Of a DNA stretch of 64,000 bases, positions 53,021 to 63,152 are shown piece after piece. Under the pieces are notes generated by a model. That model was not told the DNA's origin and did not search any database. It saw only the letters and a list, made by a program, of their open reading frames with translations. This DNA comes from an uncultured SAR116 cluster alpha proteobacterium (GTDB lineage: Bacteria; Pseudomonadota; Alphaproteobacteria; Puniceispirillales; Puniceispirillaceae), in NCBI GenBank assembly GCA_902516825.1, contig CABXZZ010000002.1, positions 1,815-65,814 on the forward strand, in the 5' to 3' direction. Position 1 is the stretch's first letter; every line of letters begins with the position of its first letter. The translations under genes and the position numbers were made by a program.

Positions 53021-53752
53021 CTAAATACAGATCTGTTTAAATTTATCAGAACTGAGAGAAGCTCCACCGACAAGGACACCGTCCACGCTTGCTAGTGCCT
53101 TAATGTCCTTTGCGTTATTTGGGCTAACAGAACCACCGTACAGAACCCTCGTCTTTTTAGGTAAAATTGCTGTATCTATGAGCTGTTTTTTGATAAATTG
53201 ATGAATAACATCAATTTCTTCTAGCTCTGGAGCAAGACCGGTACCTATCGCCCAAACAGGCTCATACGCAATCATGTAATTAAGATTAGCAAGGCGCGCA
53301 TTATCAAGAACAGACAACTGATCCTTCAAAGTTTCTCTCGTTGTTCCTTCATTATATTGCTGATGCGTCTCCCCTACGCAAAAAATTACCTTTAGACCAG
53401 CATTGTGGGCATTGCGTAACTTATCGATTAGAAGTATGTTATTTTCAGCATGATATTGGCGTCTTTCAGAATGACCAAGAATCACCCACTCGGATCCGGT
53501 GTCAGATATCATTTGAGCGCTTACTTCTCCCGTAAAGGCACCATTTTCATGAGCACTGCAATCCTGGGCTCCAATTTCAATAGATGTATTTTTACAAATA
53601 TCAGTCGCTTCACTTAAATATATGGATGGAGGACACAGTATTATGTCAGAACCGTATGATAGAAATGGGAGAATATTATCTTTAATTTGAGATAAAATAT
53701 AATGCACAAATTCTCTATCTCCATTCATCTTCCAATTTGCTGCGTAAATCAT
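53021..53752 (-). CDS. tpiA: triosephosphate isomerase
   Basis: NWKMNG, GHSERR, AYEPVWAIGTG and YGGSV motifs. Confidence 0.94.
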   Translation of the reverse strand: MIYAANWKMNGDREFVHYILSQIKDNILPFLSYGSDIILCPPSIYLSEATDICKNTSIEIGAQDCSAHENGAFTGEVSAQMISDTGSEWVILGHSERRQYHAENNILLIDKLRNAHNAGLKVIFCVGETHQQYNEGTTRETLKDQLSVLDNARLANLNYMIAYEPVWAIGTGLAPELEEIDVIHQFIKKQLIDTAILPKKTRVLYGGSVSPNNAKDIKALASVDGVLVGGASLSSDKFKQICI

Positions 53753-53967
53753 TTGTTTCTCCTACAAAATACGAGTTTTTAAGTCTTTATAGATTTATTA
53801 AAAAAAATATATGAAAAAATTATAAAATTAAAATGAGCCTTTGTTTGAGCTCTTTTTATAGAAAAATTATCCTGTTTCTATCTGCAGCTTTGACGTTATG
53901 TAAAAGCCCTGTTAGAAACTAGGTTAGTGAATTATTCAACCAATAGATAAAAGGGTTAGCAAACTCT

Positions 53968-55839
53968 ATGTTACAATCATTGAGAACAGGCTCAAAATCG
54001 CCACTTATGAAAGTCTTTTTAGTATTTCTAGCAGGTGGTTTTGCCATTTGGGGAATAGGCGATGTGTCAACTGGCTTATTTGGCCCTGGAGACAAAGCCA
54101 TAAAAGCAGGCTCACAATCTGTATCAGCCCTGGAGGTGGCACAGGAATTTGATTTCGTTAGGCGCGCTCAATATAATAGTATTTCAACTGGAGATGCGAT
54201 TCAATTTGGCTTGTTAAATGAAGTGATTTCCCGAATGGCTCGAACCACGTTATTTGAGGCGGAAGCAGCTAATTTAAATATCGTATCAACGCGTGCAATG
54301 CAAAAAACTGCCTTGCTAAGACAAAATGCATTTCAGGATGAAACAGGCGTTTTCTCTCAAGGAAGGTTTTTGCGTGCGTTATCTCAGGCAGGACTTACTG
54401 AAGATGCGTATTTGCAACAGCTCGACAAAACCATCTTATCACAGCAAATTGCCGATACAGTTTCTATGGGAGCAAAATTTCCAGAGCGAATATCTGAAGA
54501 ATTTGCCAAATATGAATTAGAGCGTCGAACAGCTCAGGTTATCAGTTTCGAGATTAATCCAGACCAACAACCGTTAACTCAGGATAGTGAACTGCGCGAA
54601 TGGTTTGATGCTAATTCTGAATCTTATGACACTTCTGAGCTAAGAGATATAAGGTACCTTTTAATCTCGCCTGAAACCCTATTAGACGAGGTAGAGATAG
54701 CAGATAATGAAATACAGGAAGCCTTTGAACAACGCGGCGATGAATTTGCAACTCCGGAAAGGCGCGTTGTACGGCAGATGCTATTTGATACAGCTGAGCA
54801 AGCATTAGCAGCAAGAAACGCGATTGATTCTGGAACGGACTTTACGGAAGTTGCGAATAATCTTCTTGGATTAACACAAGAAGATATTTACATAGGGGAT
54901 GTTACCTATAACGATGTGGATGCGGTAATGGCAGATGCTATTTTTAATGCTAAAGTTGGGGAGCTTATAGGCCCTACCGAAACTGTGTTTGGACACAATC
55001 TTGCAATTGTTGATGTTATTATTTTGGGGAGTAGTGATGCATTTGAAGATGTAAAAGGAGAAATAGAAACCGCATTAAAGAATGAAAACGCTATTAATCT
55101 AGTTTATGACAGACTAAGAACGATAGAAGACGCACTAGGCACGGGCGCAATACTTCAAGAAGTCGCCTCCGCAAATGGGCTTGAGACAAAAACAATTATT
55201 GGAGTTGACCAGCAAGGTAATAATGTTGACGGCAATCCGTTCCTTGGCTCTGAAGGCGACGTTTTAAACCTTGCTGAGTTTCTTGAAACAAGTTGGTCTA
55301 CTGAATTAGGTGAAATCAGTACAGTTGTAGACGCAGGAGATGATAGCTATTTCGTAATAGAGCCAACTGCCGAAAGTGTTTCAAGACAGCGGACTTTCGA
55401 AGAAGTTAGGAGTCGTGTTTTAGCCGATTACAATCTTGAAAATGCGATTACAGAGGCCAAAGCGAAAGCAAAGTTACATTTGCGCGTTGGACCAACCATT
55501 TTTAATGATACGCTGCCGACCACACCATTTCGTCGCTCAGGTGTTGGGCTTGACGATGCCAATGCGAGACTCATTGCCCAGACAATTTTTGAGCAACCGC
55601 TCAACGCTGCTAAGATTATTGAAACTGGAGGCGAGATATTAATTGTTAGAACAGCTGAAATACTCCCTGCAACTGAAACTGAAGTTACAGATACTTCGGC
55701 TTTTTATTCATCTCAATTAAATCAAGCCGCTTCTCAAAATATTTCTGAAGCACTTTCAGCAAGATTGTCAGAAAGCCATAAATTAGAGCTTTATCCTGGA
55801 ATGGTACAACAATTATTGTTGGGACAAAGCGATAAATAA
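53968..55839 (+). CDS. ppiD: periplasmic chaperone PpiD-like (SurA N-terminal domain / parvulin) protein
   Basis: N-terminal anchor MLQSLRTGSKSPLMKVFLVFLAGGFAIWG and a long helical chaperone body with a central parvulin-like segment. Conserved position upstream of trpE. Confidence 0.8.
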   Translation: MLQSLRTGSKSPLMKVFLVFLAGGFAIWGIGDVSTGLFGPGDKAIKAGSQSVSALEVAQEFDFVRRAQYNSISTGDAIQFGLLNEVISRMARTTLFEAEAANLNIVSTRAMQKTALLRQNAFQDETGVFSQGRFLRALSQAGLTEDAYLQQLDKTILSQQIADTVSMGAKFPERISEEFAKYELERRTAQVISFEINPDQQPLTQDSELREWFDANSESYDTSELRDIRYLLISPETLLDEVEIADNEIQEAFEQRGDEFATPERRVVRQMLFDTAEQALAARNAIDSGTDFTEVANNLLGLTQEDIYIGDVTYNDVDAVMADAIFNAKVGELIGPTETVFGHNLAIVDVIILGSSDAFEDVKGEIETALKNENAINLVYDRLRTIEDALGTGAILQEVASANGLETKTIIGVDQQGNNVDGNPFLGSEGDVLNLAEFLETSWSTELGEISTVVDAGDDSYFVIEPTAESVSRQRTFEEVRSRVLADYNLENAITEAKAKAKLHLRVGPTIFNDTLPTTPFRRSGVGLDDANARLIAQTIFEQPLNAAKIIETGGEILIVRTAEILPATETEVTDTSAFYSSQLNQAASQNISEALSARLSESHKLELYPGMVQQLLLGQSDK

Positions 55840-55877
55840 AAACAATCGGTGTCGTTAACTAGAAGTTAGGTATCTAG

Positions 55878-57395
55878 ATGAATAGCAACAATTCACACCA
55901 AGAATTCGAGCCGTTTTTAGAAAACTATACGCAAGGCAAAAATCAAATTTGCTATCGAATTTTGTTAGCTGATACACAAACTGCGGTTGCTGCTATGCTA
56001 AAATTATCACGGCAAGATTCTTATTCTTGTCTGCTGGAATCTGTAGAAGGAGGTAAAGTTAGAGGTCGTTTTTCTATCATCGCGATAGAGCCGGATTTAA
56101 TCTGGCGCTGCAGAGATAATCAAGTTGAGACGAACCGAAACCCGACTGAAAACCCAGATGAGTTTTTGTCCAAACATTCACAGAATCCTCTTGAAGACTT
56201 GCGTGCGATTTTAGACGAGGGTAAAATGGAAAATACGATCCCACTCGCGCCGATGGCGGCGGGATTGTTTGGATACTTTGGCTATGAAATGATACGCCAT
56301 ATCGAGTCGATACCTTCTAATAATCCCGACATTTTGTCCCATTATGATAGTGTATTTTTAAGGCCCTCTATTGTCGCCATTTTTGATAGGCTAGAAGATA
56401 CAATTACCCTTGCTACTCAAATACGTTATGATGCTAACAAAACAGCTGAAGATGTGTGGAAAAATGCACAGATGCGCATCTCGGCGGTTGAACTCAAATT
56501 AAATTCAGCACTCGTAATAAATGAGCCTGATGAAAAGTTAGAAATGTTTGATGATGTTTCCGCTAATTTATCACGGTCACGATATTTGGATATGGTAACA
56601 GCAGCTATAAAACATATCACCAATGGTGATATATTCCAGGTTGTTCTATCGCAGCGATTTTCAATCCCGTTTACATTATCACCTATGGCACTTTACAGAA
56701 GCTTACGGCGTTTAAATCCATCCCCATTTTTATATTGTTTTCACCTCAAAAACATTAGTATTGTTGGCTCAAGCCCGGAAATTCTAGTTAGGCTTCGAGG
56801 TGACGAGGTAACAATACGACCCATCGCCGGAACCCGAAAAAGAGGCGCAACAGAGCAAGAGGATCAAGAAAATGCAACCAGTCTACTCTCTGATATAAAA
56901 GAAAGAGCAGAGCATTTGATGCTTTTGGACTTGGGGCGAAATGATGTTGGTAGAGTAAGCTCTCCTGGAACTGTTCGTTTGGGATCAAATTTTGAAGTTG
57001 AATATTACTCTCACGTTATGCATGTCGCATCTGAGGTTCGTGGTAAAATTCGCCCTGAATTTGACGCAATCGACGCCTTGATGGCAGGATTTCCAGCTGG
57101 TACAGTGTCTGGCGCACCAAAAATTAGAGCGATGCAAATTATTGACGAGCTCGAACCTGACAAGAGAGGCATATACGCTGGGGCCATTGGTTATATTGGT
57201 GCAGCAGGCGAAATGGATACTTGTATCGCACTTCGAACTGCTATTATAGAAAATAATCAAATGCATATTCAAGCTGGTGCTGGCATTGTATATGACAGTG
57301 TTCCACAATCAGAGTATGAAGAGTGCCAGAATAAAGCACGTGCTATTATAAGAGCAGCTGAGGATGCCATTATACTTGCCAGACAAAAGCAATGA
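55878..57395 (+). CDS. trpE: anthranilate synthase component I
   Basis: Chorismate-binding domain with [33 protein letters not shown] and GAGIVYDS. Confidence 0.95.
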   Translation: MNSNNSHQEFEPFLENYTQGKNQICYRILLADTQTAVAAMLKLSRQDSYSCLLESVEGGKVRGRFSIIAIEPDLIWRCRDNQVETNRNPTENPDEFLSKHSQNPLEDLRAILDEGKMENTIPLAPMAAGLFGYFGYEMIRHIESIPSNNPDILSHYDSVFLRPSIVAIFDRLEDTITLATQIRYDANKTAEDVWKNAQMRISAVELKLNSALVINEPDEKLEMFDDVSANLSRSRYLDMVTAAIKHITNGDIFQVVLSQRFSIPFTLSPMALYRSLRRLNPSPFLYCFHLKNISIVGSSPEILVRLRGDEVTIRPIAGTRKRGATEQEDQENATSLLSDIKERAEHLMLLDLGRNDVGRVSSPGTVRLGSNFEVEYYSHVMHVASEVRGKIRPEFDAIDALMAGFPAGTVSGAPKIRAMQIIDELEPDKRGIYAGAIGYIGAAGEMDTCIALRTAIIENNQMHIQAGAGIVYDSVPQSEYEECQNKARAIIRAAEDAIILARQKQ

Positions 57396-57991
57396 CGCAC
57401 GCTACTCTTGTTAGTTTTTCTATGTTTGCCCTTATGGCAGCAATTACGCCAGGTCCAAATAATATTATGCTCGCTGCTTCTGGAGCTACTTTTGGATTTA
57501 GACGTACTCTACCTCATATTATTGGAATTTGTTTTGGATTTGGGTGTCTTGTCATTGCAGGAGGATTAGGACTTGGACACTTTTTAGAGGCCTTTCCACA
57601 GATTTTTCTTCTCCTAAAAGTAATTGCTTTATTATTTTTGCTGTACCTTGTCTGGAAGGTAGGAACTGCATCTTCGCCAAAATTATCAATTAATAGTCGA
57701 CCAATGCATTTTCATACAGCCGCGCTTTTTCAATGGGTTAATCCTAAAGGTGTGACAGTTGTGATAAGTGCAATAGCAGCATATTTGGAAACATCTTACA
57801 GTATTTGGCAAGCTCTACCCATGATGGTGACCATTTTTGTTCTGGTTACAGCGATTGGCACTTGCCTTTGGGCTTTGATTGGAAGTGCTATTTCTAATTT
57901 TTTATCTAAGACTCATTATAGGATTGCCTTTAATCTGACAATGGCGTTTGCCCTTTTCATATCTATGTTACCTGCAATATTATCCATCTAA
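57392..57991 (+). CDS. LysE/RhtB family amino acid exporter
   Basis: Six-TM 199-aa protein with an N-terminal ITPGPNN motif. ATGA overlap with trpE. Confidence 0.85.
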   Translation: MTHATLVSFSMFALMAAITPGPNNIMLAASGATFGFRRTLPHIIGICFGFGCLVIAGGLGLGHFLEAFPQIFLLLKVIALLFLLYLVWKVGTASSPKLSINSRPMHFHTAALFQWVNPKGVTVVISAIAAYLETSYSIWQALPMMVTIFVLVTAIGTCLWALIGSAISNFLSKTHYRIAFNLTMAFALFISMLPAILSI

Positions 57992-58028
57992 CATAGCTAC
58001 TAAAAAAAATTTAGGATAAATCTTAAAT

Positions 58029-58105
<77 letters not shown>

Positions 58106-58149
58106 ACGAATTTTTTTATATATATAAGATGACACAATTCCAAGCAGAA

Positions 58150-58632
58150 TTAACAACAATTAGGTAAATTTTTTGCGGTTAATAAAGCGCCCGGTGTAAT
58201 CTTGCGCAATTGTGACTGTCCGGCATTAATTTCAAGCACATATTGTGCTGGTAATGTTGACGATATGATGCGCGATGAACCTTTTTTTGCGCCTTCCTCT
58301 ATATGAACGACACGGAGATCTGAATCAATGAACAATATATCTAGATTTATAAGAGTATTTTTCATCCAAAACTGACGAAGTGAACTTGTATTCCACATAA
58401 ATAACATGCCTTCATTATCAGCCAAACGCTTTCTAAACATTAATCCAACGGCTTTTTCTGGTTCGCTTCGTGCAAATTCAACGTCAAAATTTTGTAACTT
58501 ACCAGCAACTGTTACTATCGTTACCTGTCCTTTATTCTCGAACAACGCAAAAGAGAAATTGGGATAGAATAAGATAATCGCTATCCCTATCAAAAAAATG
58601 CTGATGTGCAATTTAAAAGAATGGTGGTTCAT
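58150..58632 (-). CDS. DUF192 domain-containing protein (secreted/anchored)
   Basis: N-terminal hydrophobic segment and the DUF192 core GLMFRKRL...GMLFMW...FWMKNTLINLDILFID. Confidence 0.8.
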   Translation of the reverse strand: MNHHSFKLHISIFLIGIAIILFYPNFSFALFENKGQVTIVTVAGKLQNFDVEFARSEPEKAVGLMFRKRLADNEGMLFMWNTSSLRQFWMKNTLINLDILFIDSDLRVVHIEEGAKKGSSRIISSTLPAQYVLEINAGQSQLRKITPGALLTAKNLPNCC

Positions 58633-58688
58633 TTTTTATCTTGTTTACGTGTTAAGATATAATAAAAGAAGAATGCGGCTAGAAATTA

Positions 58689-59738
58689 TCAATTTCTATC
58701 ATAAAGTCTAGACACCCATCTCTCTGGGATATTCCTCCCTAATCGATGCGGGAAATGTAAACTCTCTAGCACAGAACGTGATTCTGGTACACATTCGGTA
58801 TTGTGAGGATTTTTGCCAATCATCAATCCCCACACTCCGGCCCATGCACGTGCAGTAGTGAAAGGATTGTACCCCCCACCTCCAAGCACAAGGATGGGAA
58901 TTTTTAAATCTAGAAATGCAGACACTGCAGACCAATAACCATGATTGGAATAACATAATCCAGATTGAGGATCCTCTTCTAAACCATCAGCACCAGCCTG
59001 CAACACAATAAAATCAGGTCCATAATCTGTCAAAAGTGGCAGAATGTCATTCGTTATTGTCTCGTTTAAATCCGTGTCGTTAGAGCCTCTTGGCAATGGA
59101 TAATTATGCGCATTTCCACCACCTTTATCGCCTTTTTTGCCAGTTCGCGGCCATCTATCTTCCTCATGAATAGAAAATAAAATCATTCTTTGTAAATGAC
59201 TAAAATGAGCTTGAACACCATCCGGGTGATGCGCATCTATGTCAATGTAGGCTATTTTATTATTGGTATTTTTATATAATGTTGTCAACGCTATTGCTGG
59301 ATCATTGACAAAGCAAAAACCGTTTGCAGCGTCTGGGAGGCCGTGATGCGTTCCACCAGAAGGATTGAAGACGCTATTATGAACACCTGATATCAGATAA
59401 TGTGCTGCTTTCAGACTTGCCTTGGCTGCCGTTGCTGGCCTTCGGTAAATCTCAGGATAAATGGGGTTTGAGTGCGTACCAATTTTGTGCCTTTTAGAGC
59501 GTTTTTTATCCAATACCTGATATCTCTCAGCGTCAAGAAGTGCATATATATATGCTTTAGTATGAAAACATCCTAATTCTTCTACTGTCGCTGGTGGCAC
59601 CACCTCGAAGTTGATATTCGGCAACCAGCCTTGAGCTCTACAGATGTCAATAACGGGCCATACACGCGGTATATTTAAAGGATGCCCTGGCCCATAGCCA
59701 GACCCTCTGAAAATGTCGCTTCCGAGTAAAAGTGTCAC
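58689..59738 (-). CDS. histone deacetylase / acetoin utilization (AcuC-like) family deacetylase
   Basis: GGTHHGLPDAANGFCFVND and DIDAHHPDGVQ zinc-deacetylase motifs. Confidence 0.85.
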   Translation of the reverse strand: MTLLLGSDIFRGSGYGPGHPLNIPRVWPVIDICRAQGWLPNINFEVVPPATVEELGCFHTKAYIYALLDAERYQVLDKKRSKRHKIGTHSNPIYPEIYRRPATAAKASLKAAHYLISGVHNSVFNPSGGTHHGLPDAANGFCFVNDPAIALTTLYKNTNNKIAYIDIDAHHPDGVQAHFSHLQRMILFSIHEEDRWPRTGKKGDKGGGNAHNYPLPRGSNDTDLNETITNDILPLLTDYGPDFIVLQAGADGLEEDPQSGLCYSNHGYWSAVSAFLDLKIPILVLGGGGYNPFTTARAWAGVWGLMIGKNPHNTECVPESRSVLESLHFPHRLGRNIPERWVSRLYDRN

Positions 59739-59786
59739 CTACCAACCTATCGAACTGTAAAAAAACTTTATCCTTGCGACATGGTA

Positions 59787-61472
59787 TTATGAGAGGAGAT
59801 TTACAAGTAGCAACACACTCATTAATAAAGCAAGCAATGCGATGGCAGCTGGTCCAGGTGCAACAGGCCCTGTTATGGGATGCTTATATACATATAATGT
59901 GCCTGACATAATTTTCTTTGCGGAAGAGACAATAATATTATTGCCCATGATAGATAGTTTATTGGCAGCTGCTAATACTGGACTTCCAATTCTAGGTATA
60001 AGCCTGCGATATAGCCAATCTGAATTAAGCACAGTTGATACGATCTCTGGAGGATAAAATCCAAACCGCATCAAGAATGTAAATGCCAGCATCGCAAATA
60101 TAACCAGTTGGAATTGGCCAATAATATGACTTGCATCATAGGGCTGATAATAAAGACTATAGGGCAGAATCTGATAAAATTGTGTTGGCATCACACCGAT
60201 AGCGATACATAAAACACTGGCGATTGCCATAGCTGCTAACATATTAAAAGGCGCTTCTTTAGGGCGCAACCCACTATCATGACCGAAAAAGGTAAAGTAT
60301 GGGATTTTAATACCCGAATGATGCAATACCCCAGCTGAGGCTGCAAGCAAAACCAAATACACAAAAACTAGACCTTCATATCCAACAGCTTTCATTATCA
60401 CAGCCTTAGCCGTAAACCCGCTAAACAAAGGAAATGCTGAAATGGACATGGCACCAATAATACAAAATATCATGGTTAGTGGCATTGATTTATATAAACC
60501 GCCAAGTTCAGTCGCCTTGGCTGTTCCAACTCTGTACATCACTGACCCAATGGACATAAACAGTAATGCTTTATAGATAATATGGGCAAATGCATGTGCA
60601 ACCGCACCATTTATCGCTAACTCTGTGCCAATGCCGATTGCTACAATCATAAAACCAAGCTGATTATTCAAACTATAAGCTAAAACCCGTCTTAGATCAT
60701 TTTCGATAACCGCAAAGAAAACTGGGAAAGCAGTCATTGCAGCACCGATCCAAATAAGATACTCGGTGCCTGCAAATCCTCTTGCGAATGCATATATGGC
60801 TAGCTTGGTTGTGAATGCAGAGAGTATTACTGTGCCAAGAATTGTTGCCTCTGGATACGCATCCTGCAGCCATCCATTTAAAAGAGGGAACGCGGCTTTA
60901 ATACCAAATGCTAGAAAAATAAGCCATGTACCAAGGCTGCCAAGTTCCATAGCACCAAAAGCTAATGTTCCAACCTCACGCCAATATAGCGACGCGCCCG
61001 CAAGTAGCATTACCCCTGATGCCACTTGTACAAGCAAATACCGCATGGCTGCTTTATTAGCACGCTCAGTGCCACTTGCTAAGATAAGGAACACAGAAGT
61101 AATCGCGGTTGTTTCCCACCAAATAAATAGCGTTATTAAATCGCCTGCATGAACGGCTGCTATTGCAGCACCTGCATATGCAAGGCCCGCCGTATGTTCC
61201 ATTGACTTTTTCTCATGCCAGCCATAAATGACATTTAAACCAGCCGCGATGTGAAATATAATACCAAAAGGAAGCGTTAAATTATCTGCATGATGTAGGA
61301 TTAACTCCTGACCTAAAACACTTACACTCCAATGAATTCCCGCCCCGGCGGATAGGCTGAAGGCTGATAATGCTATCGCCCCTAGCATAAAAATTTGTCT
61401 GAGATGATGCGGCAAATAGGGCACAAATACAGCCGCTATAATCATTAATATTCCAGGAGTAATATCAGTCAT
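59787..61472 (-). CDS. MrpD/NuoL-M-N family proton-conducting antiporter-like subunit (561 aa)
   Basis: About 14 or more TM helices with the family core FGIKAAFPLLNGWLQDAYPEAT and LAYSLNNQLGFM. Confidence 0.8.
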   Translation of the reverse strand: MTDITPGILMIIAAVFVPYLPHHLRQIFMLGAIALSAFSLSAGAGIHWSVSVLGQELILHHADNLTLPFGIIFHIAAGLNVIYGWHEKKSMEHTAGLAYAGAAIAAVHAGDLITLFIWWETTAITSVFLILASGTERANKAAMRYLLVQVASGVMLLAGASLYWREVGTLAFGAMELGSLGTWLIFLAFGIKAAFPLLNGWLQDAYPEATILGTVILSAFTTKLAIYAFARGFAGTEYLIWIGAAMTAFPVFFAVIENDLRRVLAYSLNNQLGFMIVAIGIGTELAINGAVAHAFAHIIYKALLFMSIGSVMYRVGTAKATELGGLYKSMPLTMIFCIIGAMSISAFPLFSGFTAKAVIMKAVGYEGLVFVYLVLLAASAGVLHHSGIKIPYFTFFGHDSGLRPKEAPFNMLAAMAIASVLCIAIGVMPTQFYQILPYSLYYQPYDASHIIGQFQLVIFAMLAFTFLMRFGFYPPEIVSTVLNSDWLYRRLIPRIGSPVLAAANKLSIMGNNIIVSSAKKIMSGTLYVYKHPITGPVAPGPAAIALLALLMSVLLLVNLLS

Positions 61473-61701
61473 AATAATCCTCCCTTCTCATTAAAAAATG
61501 CCTAAGGCCGATGCCAACAACCACAATAAAAACAGAGGCTGCAAATCCATAAATAGCTGGAAATAAGGGCAAATCCTCAAGCGCAATCTCGCCATGGCGA
61601 TGCACAAAAAGTTCGGCAATTGCTAGTGTTGTTCCAATAATAACCAACGCAATGCTTGCAAAATTGCCCATTTTTTTCAGGTTTGGATTTAAATTACTCA
61701 T
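61465..61701 (-). CDS. small two-TM membrane protein within the Mrp-like cluster
   Basis: 78 aa with two hydrophobic helices. It overlaps both neighbours (8 nt and 4 nt), which suggests translational coupling. No family recognised. Confidence 0.5.
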   Translation of the reverse strand: MSNLNPNLKKMGNFASIALVIIGTTLAIAELFVHRHGEIALEDLPLFPAIYGFAASVFIVVVGIGLRHFLMRREDYYD

Positions 61702-63152
61702 GGCATCACCATCAGGGTTGTAAGAGGTCTTACCCAGTCTATCGTAAAGAATAAGAATAGGCTTATCATTGCGGTTACTACTGGCGGTATAATCGTTAAA
61801 ATATGGTTTTCAACATGAACTTCTTTTATCGCCGGCTTGAAAAACGCACGGGCGCAAGGCTCCAGCAAGTAATATACGTTTAACAAGGAAGAGATAGCAA
61901 GCACCGCAAGCATAAGCGGCATTCCAGCATCCACCGACCCTGCCATAAGCAAAAACTTTGACCAGCTTCCCCCCATTGGCGGAATGCCAATAATGGACAA
62001 GGATGCTAGAAAAAAAGCGATAAAGATAAGTGGTAGTTTAGGGCCTAACCCATCTAATTCTGAGATTTTTTTGATATGAGCATTTACGTAAATCGCACCA
62101 GCACAAAAGAATAACGTAATTTTTGCGGTTGCATGCATTACAATATGCAACGCTGCTCCTTCAGTTGCAGCTGCTGTTGCCAAGGCGGCACCCAGAACAA
62201 TATAAGAAAGTTGTGAAATCGTAGAATAAGCAAGTCTGGCTTTTAAATCATCTTTGGTAATGGCAATGATAGATGATGCTAAGATTGTAAAGGCTGCCAG
62301 CCAAGCAAGCCACACAGCACTGCCAGTTGTGTTTAGAAAATCAATACCAAAAATATATACTGTTATTGTAAGAACAGAAAATACACCTGCCTTAACAACA
62401 GCCACAGCGTGAAGAAGCGCCGAAACTGGTGTTGGCGCAACCATCGCAGCTGGCAACCAGCGATGTATTGGCATTAAGGCCGCCTTTCCAATGCCAAAAG
62501 CAAACATGGCAAGCATGACAGATACCAGAAATGGCGGAAAGTCGGCAGGCAGAATCCCGCCTTTGGTAAATTCTAGCGTACCTGAAACAGTCCAGACCCA
62601 GAAAATTGCGGGCAAAAATAGTAATAAGGAGGTAGCAACCAGAATCCCCATATAAAGACGCCCTGCGTTTCTGGCCTCTTTAGTCTGGCTATGCGCCACA
62701 AGTGGATAAGTTGAAAAGGTTAATACCTCATAAAAAATAAACAGCATCATCAGATTGCCAGAGTAAGAAATTGCCATTGCGGCATGAATGGCAACCGCGT
62801 AGTAAAAAGCAAATCTTGTTTGATTTTTCTCCTTGGCGCCTCTCATATAACCAACAGTATAAATAGAGGCCAAAATCCACAACCCAGAGGCCACAAGACC
62901 AAATAAAGCGCCAAGGGGCGTAACAGCAAAGCTTAAATCTATACCAGGTGCTATTTGCCATAAGGTAATCGATACCGTTTTGCCATCCATTATGGCAGAT
63001 GCAATAAAAATAGCAGATGTAAACGCAATTAATCCACCGACGGGTCCGCATATGTCACGAATATTCTTCTGGTTGGAGAACACTAACACCGCCAGTGCAG
63101 AGAGCAGTGGCATTACAAGACTGATAGCCAATAGGAGTTGCAAATCACTCAT
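61698..63152 (-). CDS. MrpD/NuoN-like antiporter subunit (484 aa)
   Basis: Family core GIGKAALMPIHRWLPAAMVAPTPVSALLHA and LAYSTISQLSYI. Confidence 0.85.
   Translation of the reverse strand: MSDLQLLLAISLVMPLLSALAVLVFSNQKNIRDICGPVGGLIAFTSAIFIASAIMDGKTVSITLWQIAPGIDLSFAVTPLGALFGLVASGLWILASIYTVGYMRGAKEKNQTRFAFYYAVAIHAAMAISYSGNLMMLFIFYEVLTFSTYPLVAHSQTKEARNAGRLYMGILVATSLLLFLPAIFWVWTVSGTLEFTKGGILPADFPPFLVSVMLAMFAFGIGKAALMPIHRWLPAAMVAPTPVSALLHAVAVVKAGVFSVLTITVYIFGIDFLNTTGSAVWLAWLAAFTILASSIIAITKDDLKARLAYSTISQLSYIVLGAALATAAATEGAALHIVMHATAKITLFFCAGAIYVNAHIKKISELDGLGPKLPLIFIAFFLASLSIIGIPPMGGSWSKFLLMAGSVDAGMPLMLAVLAISSLLNVYYLLEPCARAFFKPAIKEVHVENHILTIIPPVVTAMISLFLFFTIDWVRPLTTLMVMP

Noticed and set aside
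55840-55877. Expected trp leader peptide or attenuator upstream of trpE.
   Set aside because: The spacer is only 38 nt and has no leader ORF or terminator structure. trpE appears to be simply co-transcribed with, or started just after, ppiD.
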